A stretch of 64,000 nucleotides of DNA. It comes from the human T2T-CHM13v2.0 reference genome, Homo sapiens. How positions within the stretch are numbered: position 1 is the stretch's first letter; the number at the start of each line of letters is the position of its first letter. Location: assembly GCF_009914755.1 (NCBI RefSeq), contig NC_060946.1; one strand, given 5' to 3'. A model generated the notes under the pieces. That model worked only from the letters and a program-made list of their open reading frames with translations, had not been told where the DNA came from and did not search any database. The position numbers and the translations under genes were made by a program. Below are positions 1 through 14,762 of the stretch, piece after piece.

Positions 1-529
1 ATGAAAGACATCATAGAAATGGCAGAACCTGTTGTAAATGCAACCTTTTAGCTCCTGAGAGATTCTAATTCCATTCCACTTATGCAATTTTTCAGTGACA
101 GTGACCCAGTAACTTAGGTGTAAGTCTCCTCATGATGAATCATTTTAAGAACTTGTTCATGGAAGCAGCTGCAACTCTGAGCTAATAGAACTCAACATGC
201 GGTCCAGTGCCCTTCTGTAAATGTAGAATTATGTGCCAGGTAATGAAGAAGCTGGAGGGGCCACAGATAAAGACCTGGACTGGGAACAGGAGATATGATC
301 AAGTCAAATAAGCTTCTGCAACTTATAAAACTTGGGTAGACAGAAGGTCCTTTACTTGTGCACTTGCAATGTGGAAACTTCGCAGAGAAGGGCAAAGCCA
401 GGCACTAAGGCAAATGTGTGTCAACTTTTTCCCCTGCTAAGAGATGGTAGTCACTTGTATAGCATCACTGAAGATGTAAGGACAAACATACTTAAGAATG
501 TATCTGTCTAACAACTTTTCTGAACATAA

Positions 530-851
530 TTTTTATTTATTTATTTATTGAGACGGCATCTTACTCTGTCACCCAGGGTGGATGGAGTGCAGTGGCGTGA
601 TCTTGGCTCACTGAAACCTCTGCCTCCCAAGTTCAAGCGATTCTTGTGCCTCAGCCTCCCAAGTAGCTGGGCTTACAGGTGCCTGCCACCACGCCTGGCT
701 CTTTTTTTTTTTTTTTTTGTATTTTTATTAGAGACGGGGTTACACCATGTTGGCCAGGCTGGTCTCGAACTCCTGACCTCAAGTGATTCATCTGCCCGCC
801 TCAGGGCTCCCAAAGTGCTGGGATTATAGGTGTAAGCCACCAAGCCCGGCC
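530..851 (-). mobile_element. Alu (AluS-like), full length
   Basis: T-rich tail, then antisense right arm, T-rich linker and left arm ending ...CCCGGCC. Confidence 0.97.
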
Positions 852-1289
852 TAATTTGTATTTCTTAATTCAATAAACATTTAATCAACATTTATGAAGT
901 ATAAAGGATAGTCCTTATTAAATTAAAAAAAGATATAATTGCTGACCTCAAACACACTACAAATAAGTACAAAAGACATGTATATGCCTAAGAGACATAA
1001 GACAAAAAATGGAATGTAAGTAAAAGTGTACAAAAAAGTGTACAAAAAAGGAATGTAAGTAAAATCCCATGAAAATATTGCAAAAGAGTAATTTTTTTTG
1101 CACCTGAGGGAGCCAAAGCCTTACAAGGGAGGCAGCATTTGTGTTGGGTCTTAAAGAATAAGTAAGAGTTTATTGGGCAGAGTGGGAGGTAGAAGGCCTT
1201 CCAGGCTGAGGAAAGACCCTGAGCACAGCAATTGTGGTAGAGAAGTATAAGGTGAAGGAGAGGCTGTGTGTGTATATGGAAAACGACAC

Positions 1290-1482
1290 AACCTTAGTTT
1301 CAAATCCCAGCTTACCCACTGGCCAAGTGTATAATCTTTCAGCATCTTTTACTCTCTGAGCTTTGGTTTGCTCTTGTCAAATGAGGCTAATAAAACCTAC
1401 CTGAAGTTTATTATAAAGACTAGAGACCATATCTGTAAACCATCTAACTTGGTGCCAGATACTTCATATTTGTTTAATAAAT
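1290..1482 (+). mobile_element. MIR fragment
   Basis: TTCAAATCCCAGCT...CTCTCTGAGCTTTGGTTTGCTCTTGTCAAATGAGGCTAATAA resembles the MIR core. Confidence 0.7.
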
Positions 1483-1487
1483 TTTAA

Positions 1488-2122
<635 letters not shown>

Positions 2123-2404
2123 CATTTTTACTTTTTTATTAGGAACTAAATCTAGAGGGAAGAGTTGGCTCAAGCTATGGATACATAAGTCTGGTCTTGA
2201 CTTGAATGCAGAGGTGAGCAGGCATTACATATGCTAAACACGAGAACATGAAAATAATCCTTGCCCTACTTATCCATTAGGGTCTTTCAGAATCACAACA
2301 GCAAAAATAATAAACAGAAATGTCCACTAGATACCAGGTATAGTATAGGGCATTTAAAATACATTGCTTCACGTAAGTCTTCCAATAACCTTAGAAGACA
2401 AGTA

Positions 2405-2588
2405 TTTTTTTTTTAATTTCTTCTAAAATAAAAAAAAGTGTGCAGAACATGCAGGTTTGTATATATGTGCCATGGTGGTTTGCTGCACCTATTGCTCTGT
2501 CCTCTAAGTTCCCTCCCATCACCCCTCGGCCCCCAACAGACCCTGGTGTGTGTTATTCCCCTCTCTGTGTCTATGTGTTCTCAATGTC
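2405..2588 (-). mobile_element. L1PA 3' end fragment inserted in an antisense MIR (~2310-2720)
   Basis: GTGCAGAACATGCAGGTTTGT...GTGCCATGGTGGTTTGCTGCACCTAT is antisense L1PA 3'UTR; degenerate TSD GACAAGTATTTT/GATAGGTATTTT. Confidence 0.85.
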
Positions 2589-2946
2589 AAGATAGGTATT
2601 TTTACCTTCCATTTAACAGAACGAAAACTGAAGCTCAGAGGCAGTGAAATCCTTGTCATGCTGCTAATAAGTTGTAGAGCTGAGATTCAAACTGGGTTTT
2701 CTTCCCTCCAAATGCACAGGCCTCAGGCACTGTTTAGCATCTGCTCTCAATGTGGATCGAGGAGCATGATCCACCGTGAAAGTCTTTTACAGGGCAGTGA
2801 ACAGTAAAGTCAAACAAAGCTCGCTCGCTCTCTCTCTTTTTTTTTTTTTTTTTTTGACATTGCAGGGTTTGGCACAGCTCTGGGTTGTGAAATAATGGTA
2901 TCCAACCTTCTGAGAGTTATCGCCTCTATAGAATCCTCCCTGCTAC

Positions 2947-3329
2947 ATTTATCTGATATTTACATTGCACTGCCAGCCCAGACAGCCCAATTCATACCCC
3001 CAATAGCACCCAAGAACAATGCAGGTAAGTTCCTGCTCTGTAAGCTGGTCCATAGTGGCTCTGGGCCTAGGCAATTTATCTGATATTTACATTACACCGC
3101 CAGCCCAGACAGCCCAATTCACACCCCCAATAGCACCCAAAAACAATGTAGGTAAGTTCTTGCTCTGTAAGCTGGTCCATAGTGGCTCTGAGCCTAGGCA
3201 ATTTATCTGATATTTACATTACACCGCCAGCCCAGACAGCCCAATTCATACCCCCAATAGCACCCAAGAACAATGCTGGCAAGTTCCTGCTCTGTAAGCT
3301 GGTCCATAGTGGCTCTGAGCCTAGGCAAT
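2947..3329. repeat. Tandem repeat, 3 x 127 bp, ~95% identity
   Basis: Units start ATTTATCTGATATTTACATT at 2947, 3074 and 3201; 5-7 substitutions between copies. Confidence 0.98.
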
Positions 3330-3659
3330 GGGCAGATAAGTGGATGGGCACTGATAAGTGCTACAGAATCTTATCCTGCAAAGTGGCTAAGTCCCACGAC
3401 CTTGCTACACACACAGTGAGACAATGGCTGCCTCTGGACATCCCCCTGGGGTCTTCAAACGCATGGCATGGCGCTAAGGGGCTTACATACTGTCCAGCTA
3501 ACTGTAGCAGTCAAAGGATGAGAGGAAATGTTTTAAAAAGGCGAAATGCAATTTCCTCCTCTATAAAGCCTTCCTCGGTTGTGTCGGCCAAATTTAGCTC
3601 TCTTGCTGAGCTTCCACTGCTTCTGGACCATGTCTTCATTATAATAATTATCTTTAACA

Positions 3660-3815
3660 GTGACAGGCATCAGCATCCTCTGGGGAGGTTTTAAAAAATC
3701 ATATAGGTACGTGGTACCCATCTCAGAAGATTCTAATTTGCTAATTTCCTAACTCTGGGTTGGGCCAGCAAATTCGTATTTCTAAAGAGCTTCCTGGGTA
3801 GTTTGGTGTCTGATA
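3660..3815. mobile_element. MER5-like hAT-Charlie remnant
   Basis: CCCATCTCAGAAGATTCTAATTT...CTGGGTTGGGCCAG...TATTTCTAAAGAGCTTCCTGGGTA. Confidence 0.55.
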
Positions 3816-4590
3816 CCATAGAGAAAAATAAATCATGGAAAACAAAACTCTGGCATAAAAACACATAAAAATGCTATGTAAAAATAATGCATGTATATAT
3901 GCACATACATGCATTTATCTGTGTGTAACAGAAATAGATGAGTAGGCAAGAACATAAGGCAGATCTTGAGTCAATAATGGAAACTGATAAGATAGCACAG
4001 ACCCTGAGAGCTAAGCAAGCTGAAGGCAGTACCTGAACTGGGGAGCCTGCCTATCCCTACTGGAATTAAGCATTGGTTTTAATGGGGCAAACACAGGAAA
4101 ATGAGATGAAGAGCAGGATTACATAAAAACACCCTAGAGAACAAAGCGTAAAGACAGGATCCCCCAGAAGTCACACCTTTGATGGGTAAAGAAGTAAGGA
4201 GCCAGTTCTATAGGAAATTTGCCTGTCTTAGCCTTGGGTCTGGGTAAAAGACAGTGATCTCCACTGAGAATTCTTAATTCTAGGCCCATTCTCAGGGAGT
4301 TTGGGGGCCAGAATCATACCTATCTTGTTGGTCTGAAAGCCAACCATCTTGTAGCCTGGCAGAAGCAAATACAAATCCTATCTAGAGGACTGTATTTTAA
4401 AACCTGGCCTCAAAGATAAATTTCCAAGAACACGAACTTACCACAACATCAAACAAAAACTGCAGAAGTAACAATGAATTCAACCCCAGAAGACTGATAA
4501 AATCATCATGCACAGAACATAAGGAAAATCTGTTTAATATATTTCAAGAAATAATAGGAAGTAGGTGGTGGTTTTAAAATATGTCTCCAA

Positions 4591-4712
4591 GGATTGCTAC
4601 AGCCCAGGAGTTGGAGGTTACAGTGAGCTATGATTGTGTCACCATGCTCCAGCCTGGGCCACAGAGTGAGACCCTGTCTCTAAAAAACAGACAAACAAAC
4701 AAACAAATAAAA
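4591..4712 (+). mobile_element. 5'-truncated old Alu/FRAM-like monomer
   Basis: CCCAGGAGTTGGAGGTTACAGTGAGCTATGATTG...GAGACCCTGTCTC plus A-tail; flanking repeat AAAATATGTC. Confidence 0.85.
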
Positions 4713-4862
4713 TATGTCCCTAAATTCTTTCCCTTTCTTCCCTTTAAAAGGCAGAGATTCCCTCCCATTGAATTGTTTCAGTGACTCATTTCTAATAAAT
4801 AGAATGGGACAGAAGTGATATTGTGGGACATGTGAATCTAGGTAATAAAAATGTTATGACCT

Positions 4863-5091
4863 TTGGACACAGGGCAGGGAACATCACACACTGGGGCCTG
4901 TCATGGGGTGGGGGAAGGATAGCATTAGGAGATATACCTAATGTAAATGACGAGTTAATGGGTGCAGCACACCAACATGGTACATGTATACACATGTAAC
5001 AAACCTGCATGTTGTGCACATGTACCCTAGAACTTAAAGTATAATTTAAAAAAAAAAAGAAAAAAGAAAAAAAAAGAGAAATTACAAAAAA
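4863..5091 (+). mobile_element. L1PA (L1PA4/5-like) 3' fragment with poly(A)
   Basis: GGGAACATCACACACTGGGGCCTGT...GTACCCTAGAACTTAAAGTATAAT; perfect 16-bp TSD AAAAATGTTATGACCT at 4847-4862 and 5092-5107. Confidence 0.95.
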
Positions 5092-5892
5092 AAAAATGTT
5101 ATGACCTATGCCTGGCACACACACACACAGGCACACACACTCTCTCTGTCTCTTATTGTTTACTCTCTTTGGGAGAAGCCAATCTCCATGTTGTAGGGAC
5201 ACTCAGGATGCCCTATGGAGAGGCCCACATAGAGGAAAAATGATGCCCATGGCCTATAGCAGGAACCAACTTGACAGCTACTTGAATGAGTCACCTTAGA
5301 AGTCAATTATCCCTCCATGTTGATGTGTGACTACAGCTGCATGAGAGATCCCAGAAGACATTTGCCTAGCTGAGCTCCTCCTGGGTTTCTAACAGAAACT
5401 ATGAGACATAACAAATCCAATTATTTTAAGCCACTAAGTTTTATGGTAATTTATTATTCATGAATAGATAACCATACAGATTATACAATTTTATGATAAA
5501 AGAACAAGAAAACTGTTAAAAATGACCAGGTGTATTTGAAAAGGAACCAAATAAATGTTGCAGAAGTAAAAAATGACTGGCAGCTGACTTACCAACAGAG
5601 ACAATGTAAGCCTTAAGGGAGTGGAATACCTTCAGTGTGCTGAGAGAAAATAAGTGTCAACCAAGAATTGTAGATCCAGGAAAAACACCCTTCGGGATGG
5701 CAAAATAAAAACATTTTTCAGATAATAAAAAACAGATGCTACTAGTACTAGGCACTTACATGAAGGGAAATTTTAAAAGATATACTTCAGGAGGAAGGAA
5801 AATAATCCCAGAAGGAAGGTCTGAAATGTGAAGAATAGTGAGAAAAAAAAACAGCAACTTTATAGATAAACATTTAAAAATATACCCACTGA

Positions 5893-6220
<328 letters not shown>

Positions 6221-7005
6221 CTAATTAATGAAATTTGAACAAGAATAAAATAGAACAAGCAAACTTTTAAAATAACAAGCATGTAACTCAGAAGGAGGCG
6301 ATTAAACTTTCTAACGTCTCACACTGTGTTGGAGAAGAGTGAAGATATTAATTTCAGACTTGAAGTTAAATATTCATGTTAAGATTCTTGGTATATAACT
6401 TTCAATCTAGTGGGGGTTAAAATTAGAATGAGAAATAAAAATCTACAGTCATTCTAAAGAAGGTTAGAAAGGAGAAATGAAGAAATCTAAAAAGTATGAC
6501 AACTAGAAAGCACAATATCAAGTGGCAGAAATAACACCTGCCATCTTGGTGGCTGCAATCTAGTAAATAGACTCTTACTTTTTAGGTGAAAGATTTTCAT
6601 TTGGGAATTTAAATAAATCCAACTATATATCATTTAAAAGAAAAACTCTGAAAATAAAAAGAGGGAAGAAGACATAAAAGAAAATACAAATACAAAAAAA
6701 GCTGATGAATTTGTATTCAAAATAGACAAAAAACACATTACTAGAAGTACTCTTTACATCATAAAAAAATTGAAGTCTACTGATAAATTATACAAGATGT
6801 ACAAGACTTTAAGGGGAATATTGCAAAATGTTATTGGATGATATTAAAGAACAAATAAAATAATAACAAATCAGGTTTATAGATAGGAAGATTCATTATC
6901 ACACATACAACAATTCTCATCAAATTAATTTATAGATAGAAATAAAATTGCAATCAAAATCCCAATGTGTGTGTATGTGTATTTGTACATAGGTAAAGAA
7001 CTTGA

Positions 7006-7362
<357 letters not shown>

Positions 7363-8208
7363 TTTTATTTACGTTTTTAATAGTTCAATTTTTAAGTTAT
7401 AAAAAAGGGAGGAGAGCAGGTAAGAAAACTAGCACTACTAGCTATCAGGATTATTATAAAGGCATAATAATCTAAACACAATGTAGTATTGACTTAGGAA
7501 TACATAAACAACCAATGGAACTTATTCATTCATATATAGGAACTTGATCTGTGACAAATAAGCATGGAAAAGGTAATGAAAAAAATCTTGGAACAAATCA
7601 CTACCATACAAAAAGTATTCAATCCCATATGAATGAAGGAGTTAAATGTGAAAGGCAAACCTTTCAAAAACTTAGAATACAATAAGAAGAGTATTTTTAT
7701 GACCCCAGGTTTTGGTTTATTTTCATAAGTCGAATCCAAAAACATGTAAGACCGTAAAAAAAATGACTGATAAATTCAACTTCAGTGCAGAACTTCAGCA
7801 CATCATAAGACATCATAAAAATTAGACATGCAATAAACTGAAGGCTGATATTTGCAGCATATAAAATTGGCAAAGGCTTAGTTTGCAGAACAGATAAAGA
7901 ACGGCTACAAGTCAATACGGAAAAGATGAGCAACAAAAAAAATGGGCAAAAGATATAAACAAATATTTCTCAGAAATTCAACCAGCCAATGCACATACCT
8001 AATGTATAACCTCATTAATGATGAAAAAATGCAAATTAATATCTCAGGTATCATTCTTCTAGATTGGAAAAGATCGTAAAATGTGAAACAATAATGAATA
8101 AGAACTGGTTAAGATGGGTGGCAATAAGAACTCTTCATCACTAGTAGGGGTGTAAACTGGAATAACCATTTTGGAAAATCACTGGCAGTCACTAATAAAG
8201 TTGACTGT

Positions 8209-8351
8209 GTATACACACACATGCACACACACACGCACACATACACACACACTACACACACACTGCACACACATGCACACATGCACACACACACACATAC
8301 ACATGCACACATACATACACGTACACATACACACACACATACACACACACA
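8209..8351. repeat. Imperfect (CA)n/(CATA)n microsatellite
   Basis: About 140 bp of mostly alternating CA with TA/TG interruptions. Confidence 0.95.
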
Positions 8352-9229
8352 TTCTCTAACCCACTCCTACATGTAACCTCTCAGGAAAACCCTAGGAGAT
8401 ACATAAATAGTACTCACAGAAGTATTAGGAATAGCCAAAAATGGCAAACATCCAAATGTCCTATGACAAAAGAATAGATCAATCTAATGTGACTTATTCA
8501 CATGCATCAGTGAAATGAATGAACTCAGTTTACATGGCGCGACATTGATGCATCTCACTAACGTAATTTGAGCAAAAGAAGCAAGTCACAGAAGTATTAA
8601 TATAGAATGCTTCCACTGTATAAAGCTAAAAGAGGCAAAAGAAATACATATTGCTTGTGATCGTGACTGTTATAACCAGAAAGTACATGGAAGTGATAAA
8701 TCCAAAATTTGGTGCAATAGTTAGCTCTGGGGCAAAGACCACATGGAGCTCCAAGTCTTTGGGTGAGGATTTGTCTTAAGCTGGATGGTGGGTGCATGGA
8801 TGTTAGGTTTATTACTCTTTAAACAGAATGTAAACATTATATATGCTCCTTCCCAAGTAGAACATATGCCATAGATTTCACATATACCAACAAAAACAAA
8901 ACAATAATGATTGCAACAAAACAAACATGGGGGTTGTGGATGAGGAAACAATAGGCTTTGCAGGGCGTTCTGCAGAAAACCTCCAGGTGGGTGCCAGTAC
9001 CATAAGGCGTTCTTTAAGTGTCTATTCACACGTCCATCTTCCTGTTTTGACTGTGAAGCCAGCGAGGGAAGGAACTGCATTCTACACTTGTTTGCTTCTC
9101 CAGCCCTGGCACAGACAAAGTGCACTGCTGATGTGCCAAGAACATTCCTTAAAAGGCTGAGTGACAGTGACTCCATCCTCCTAGTGTGGCTCACAACAGG
9201 AATCTGCGTCTGCCCAAATTCCTCCTCTC

Positions 9230-9882
9230 TCTCACCAATGGCATCCCTATCATGCTAACTCCAAAATATATCTTGGATCTAGCCACCTCCATCTGCAAAT
9301 ACTGCTGTACCAACTTTCTTACCTGGTGCTAAGTGGTCACCTTTCTTCCATGACGTCTTCTCCCATCCAGTTCCCTACTCGAAAAGTCTAGACATAAAAA
9401 CCCAAACTTACTGTGGTAGCCTATACGTCCCTACCCAATATGTCCCCGCTCATTTCCATCCTAATTTCATAACACCACCTGTCACTCCCTATACCCCGGC
9501 CATGTTGGACTTTCCACCCTTCCAAGACCACCAGCTCTGCCCTGTCTCATGCCCACGCACATGCTGAAATGCTCACCCCAACTCTTGTCATGGTCAGCGC
9601 CTTTCTGTGTTTCCAGCTTGAATTTCTCCTCCTTGGAGAAGCCTTACTTCATGTCCCTCTCTCCGAAGTAGCTTTCCCTGCCCTGCCTTACTCTTGTTCT
9701 CTCTTTCTTTGTTGCCTTCTAATGCCCATCACTGTTTTTTTTTCTTGCTTTTTCTCTTGCCTCTCTCTCTCTCTCTCTCTCTGTCATACTTGAACACCCA
9801 GGCTCTTGTGGGAAGTCTATGACTTATTATTTCTAGGACCTGGTGGGAATATAGTAAGTGCTCAATAAATATTTGTTGAAGG
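9230..9882 (+). mobile_element. L2 3' region
   Basis: Pyrimidine-rich L2-like body ending ATAGTAAGTGCTCAATAAATATTTGTTGAA. Confidence 0.65.
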
Positions 9883-10079
9883 AAAAAAAAAAGGAAGTCT
9901 GCATTAAATTTGAAGATATTTCTTAGATGAGCTGTGAATGTTACTTGTCATCCCAGGTATTTCTTTTTTTGTCTAATACCCCTACATAAATCAAACACCC
10001 ACTATCCCAAGGAAAGAACACTTCTGTTGTAGAAAGGGCAGCAGATAATGAGCCCTGGCCTCATTCACCCCCTCTCTCT

Positions 10080-10083
<4 letters not shown>

Positions 10084-10133
<50 letters not shown>

Positions 10134-10144
10134 CACACACACAC
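10084..10144. repeat. (CA)n microsatellite, preceded by short (CT)n
   Basis: Direct inspection. Confidence 0.97.
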
Positions 10145-10161
10145 CTTAAGAGTTTGTTATC

Positions 10162-10452
10162 ACCAGGCATGGTGGCTCACGCCTGTAACCCCAGCACTTT
10201 GGGAGGCTGAGGAGGATGGATCCCCCAAGGTCAGGAGTTCAAGACCAGCCTGACAAACATGTTGAAATGCAGTCTCTACTAAAAACAAAAAAAATTAGCT
10301 GAGCGTGGTGGAGCACGCCTGTAATCCCACCTACTTGGGAAGCTGAGGCAGGAGAGAATCACTTGAATCTGGGAGGTGGAGGTTGCAGTGAGCCAAGATC
10401 GTGCCATTGTACTCCAGCCTGGGTAACAAGAGCAAAACTCTCTGAAAAAAAA
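10162..10452 (+). mobile_element. Alu (AluSq/Sp-like)
   Basis: Dimer with AACAAGAGCAAAACTC 3' end; degenerate TSD AAGAGTTTGTTATC/AAGAGTCTGTTCTC. Confidence 0.94.
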
Positions 10453-11726
10453 GAGTCTGTTCTCTCATGTTGATCCTAGTTTTCATTACTTATAAAGGAA
10501 TGATATTGTTTCAACTGTGTCTTCCATTTTTCCAGAGGCAGGTGTTAATTCCAAGAGTGAGGGCATTCCCTCTTCTCTTTGCCACCCTTCTTTGCTCTCC
10601 CACCTCATAGCTGTATCTGAATTTGTACAAATTGTAACCCTCAGCTCGGTGTGCTCAGTGCTGAGACATTTCTCAACAGGAAAGAACAATTCAAAGGAAA
10701 TGGTGTTGGCTGATAAGGGACCCAGTGATTATTGGCAAAAGTCCTCCAATCTCAAGCTGTTTTCCTAATTAACTAGTCCCTCTTTCCTTAAACTGCTGCA
10801 TCTTCCAACTTTTTGTGATAGCTAATTCATTAAGAGGCAGAATCCAGAGAGAAGGCCTTTAGACTTTCCTCAAAACGACTCAGTTTAAAAGCAAATAGGT
10901 GAAGGATTAACAGAAGGTTCAAGTTTCATTAAGTAGATGTGTTGATGTTACCGGAAAGTAAAGTGCAGAGGGCTGAGTCTTCCATCCTTTGGAATAGAGC
11001 ATCGCCCATAATGAATTCTGAACAGCATCACTTTCAACCCTGCGATATTTCATTCATTGATTTTACTGTCAAATGAAAAGGCACTGGTTCCAAGTGGCAT
11101 TTAGTGAGACAGATGGGGAGTGACCCAGGCTTCATTACTTGGCTGTTGCTCTCTAATTTTAATGCTACAGGGGTGGAAAGCAACAGAGGCGCTGGCTGCT
11201 CCGGCTCTAACATCTGGAATTGCTTTGGTTTTTGTCCATGTTACCAAAACTTGGCTCTTCAGCCCCATCTGTCTTTGGAAATTGGCAGAGCTCAGTCTAC
11301 CTTAGATGCCAGTGGAGTGCCTGACCAAGCTTCTCTCCTGTCATTCTGAGGCTTTGAGGGGCTCATTTGAGGCTGTGACCTCAATGTTCGGGCAAATCTT
11401 GCTAGCTGTGGCAGAAGACGAGCAATCTGAAAGGAATGCAGATCTTGAAGGTAACATCTGGAAGCAACCTGTCATGTTTCCTAGGATGGGGTAATGCTAA
11501 TCAACAGCGTTGATGAGCGCATGGAACACCAACAGCCTGGTCTCTGTTTTGATCTTGTGACTCTTTGATCAGAGCATTCATTCCTTTGTTGAGGACTCTC
11601 CAAATCAATGTCTCTGCACAATTCACCCCTCTCAAGCCTCAGCTGAGTTTTGGCCCCATATCACCAATTCTACCCCAGGCATCTCAACTAGGCTGTCACT
11701 CAAAGTTAACATGAAAAAAACCCATT

Positions 11727-11864
11727 GATCTGGGTGCAGTGATGCCTCTAGTCCCAGTCCCTTGGAAGACTGAGGCAGGAGGATCACTTGAGTTCAGGAA
11801 TTCAAGGTCAGCCTGGGCAACACAGCAAGCTCCCATCTCCTTTTAAAAACACAAATAAACAAAC
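11727..11864 (+). mobile_element. FLAM monomer
   Basis: GAGGCAGGAGGATCACTTGAGTTCAGGAATTCAAGGTCAGCCTGGGCAACACAGCAAG, single arm followed by A-rich tail. Confidence 0.8.
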
Positions 11865-11984
11865 CCCAACATCTAATTTTTCTATTATAGTCACCATCTT
11901 TAGGCAGCACATTCTGGAGTCTCAAATCCCATTACTTATCAACTTCTGATCAATAATTCCTTTGGCAAAAAGGAGGACACAAAA

Positions 11985-12215
11985 TCAAAACATTTATTGA
12001 ATATTTCCTAGGAACACAAGATCTGCATACATCTATTTTATTTTTCCCAGCGGCTCTCTGAGATACATATATTAATCCCCGTTTGTATGGATTAGGAAAC
12101 TGAAGTTGACAGTTTAAGCTACTTGTCCAAGGGCACACAGCTAGAATACGGTAGAGCCACGATTCAAATCCAGGTTTGTCTGACTTCAAAGTCCTGTTAT
12201 TTTCATCACACAAAG
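11985..12215 (-). mobile_element. MIR
   Basis: AGGAAACTGAAG...CTTGTCCAAGGGCACACAGCTAG...GATTCAAATCCAGGTTTGTCTGACTTCAAAG. Confidence 0.8.
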
Positions 12216-12966
12216 CTGCCTCCCCAAAAGTCTCATGGAATCTCCCCCCTATATTCCACAGCAGACTCCCAAATCTCCATCAGTATTTGCCTCCGACTTA
12301 CACCTTTTCACCAACTTATACCATTGCCAGGTCAATCTTCCTGTAACACCACACTCACCATACCTCGGGAGCTGCAAGTTTCATTAATTAAAAATCACAG
12401 AATTAGTCAAAAGGGCTATTATTAAAAAGTAAAAAAATAACAGATGCTGGTGAGGTTCTGGAGAAAAGGGAATGCTTATACACTGCTGGTAGGAATGTAA
12501 ATTAGTTCAGCCACTGTGGAAAGCAGCTGGGCAATTTCTCAAAGAAATTAGAACTACCATTCAACCCAGCAATCTCATTATTGGGTATATACCCAAAGGA
12601 GTAGAAACAGTTCTATCATAAAGACACATGCACACATAGGTTCACTGCAGCACTATTCACAATAGCAAAGGCATGGAATCAACCTAGATGCCCATCAACA
12701 GTAGACTGAAAAAAGAAAACATTGTACATACACACCATAGAATACTATGCAGTCATAAAAAAGAACAAGGTCATGTCCTTTGCAGCAATACGGATGGAGC
12801 TGGATGCCATTATCGTAAACACACTAACGCAGGAACACAAAATGTTTACCTCCAATAAGTGAAAACCAAACACTGAGTTTACATGAACACAAAGAAGAGA
12901 ACAGAAAACTAGGCCCACTTGGGTGTGGAGGGTGGGAAGAGAATAAGGATAGAAAAACTATCTATT

Positions 12967-13607
<641 letters not shown>

Positions 13608-14432
13608 TACTATGTTTACTCTTTGGGTGACAAAATAATCTGTACACCAAACCCTCATGACATGTAATTTACCTATATCACAAACCTACACATGTACCCC
13701 TGAAACCAAAATAAAAGTTAAATACATCATGGCATTATTATTGAACTCTAAAAAGGCAGACAAGCCCTCTCTTGCTGTGGCTTCAACCCTAAACTCCTTG
13801 GCTTGGCTTCAACCTGCCACACAACTTTCAAGTGAACATTTATGATGTATTTACTCTATTTCAGGTATTGGGAATAATAAACAGGAATGAGCAGTCTTTG
13901 CCCTCAAAGATCTTAGAATCTATTCCTTTTGCTCCACGTTCTCCTCTCTGTCAAAACACACCAGTGCATGCTGTCCTGACAAGCCTGGTCTCTTAACTGA
14001 AGCCTCTCAGCCCCGTGTGGGCACATGCTCTCCCTCACCTCCCCGGAAGGGCCCCTCATTCCTCTCGTCCATAAGCTGCCCTCACCTTGTGAGTTCCACT
14101 TCCTCTACACGGACCTTGACCTCTTCGTGGGGAGCACTTGCTTCTCTGAATGCAGGTCCCCATTCTGGTCTGGCCCACACCATCTAAGGTTTCATTTAGA
14201 TTCAGTTCAAATGCCTCCTCTGAGTAAAAGGCAGTGTAGTCTCATAGAAACACCATGCATGAATCTGAGAGAGCTATTTTACAGCATGGGACCTTAACCA
14301 AATCTAAGTCTCCCTGAGCCTCAGGTTAGACTTCTGTCAAATAGGGATATTAAGTTGGTTGTTGTGAGGACCATATATGATAATGTTTGTAAAATGACTT
14401 ATAAACGTTGTAGGACTGATGAAACTTAATAG

Positions 14433-14762
<330 letters not shown>

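Larger units (their letters stand above)
4562..5478 (+). mobile_element. MLT1 (ERVL-MaLR, MLT1F/G-like) solo LTR containing two later insertions
   Basis: TAGAATGGGACAGAAGTGAT, GGAGAGGCCCACAT, and a 3' end TTTTAAGCCACTAAGTTTTATGGTAATTT...ATAGATAACCATACA. Confidence 0.85.

Noticed and set aside
2947-3329. CRISPR-like or other spacer-containing array
   Set aside because: The units are contiguous with no unique spacers, and the context is primate DNA.
2895-3694. Three overlapping ORFs (62, 63 and 170 aa) sharing LSDIYI.PAQTAQFIPPIAPKNN
   Set aside because: They result from the 127-bp unit shifting frame in each copy; no recognisable protein.
3886-3915. 11-bp inverted repeat AATGCATGTAT/ATACATGCATT
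   Set aside because: Low-complexity alternating purine-pyrimidine sequence makes such palindromes common.
8109-8359. Cys/Val-rich and His/Thr-rich ORFs
   Set aside because: Translations of a CA/TG microsatellite.
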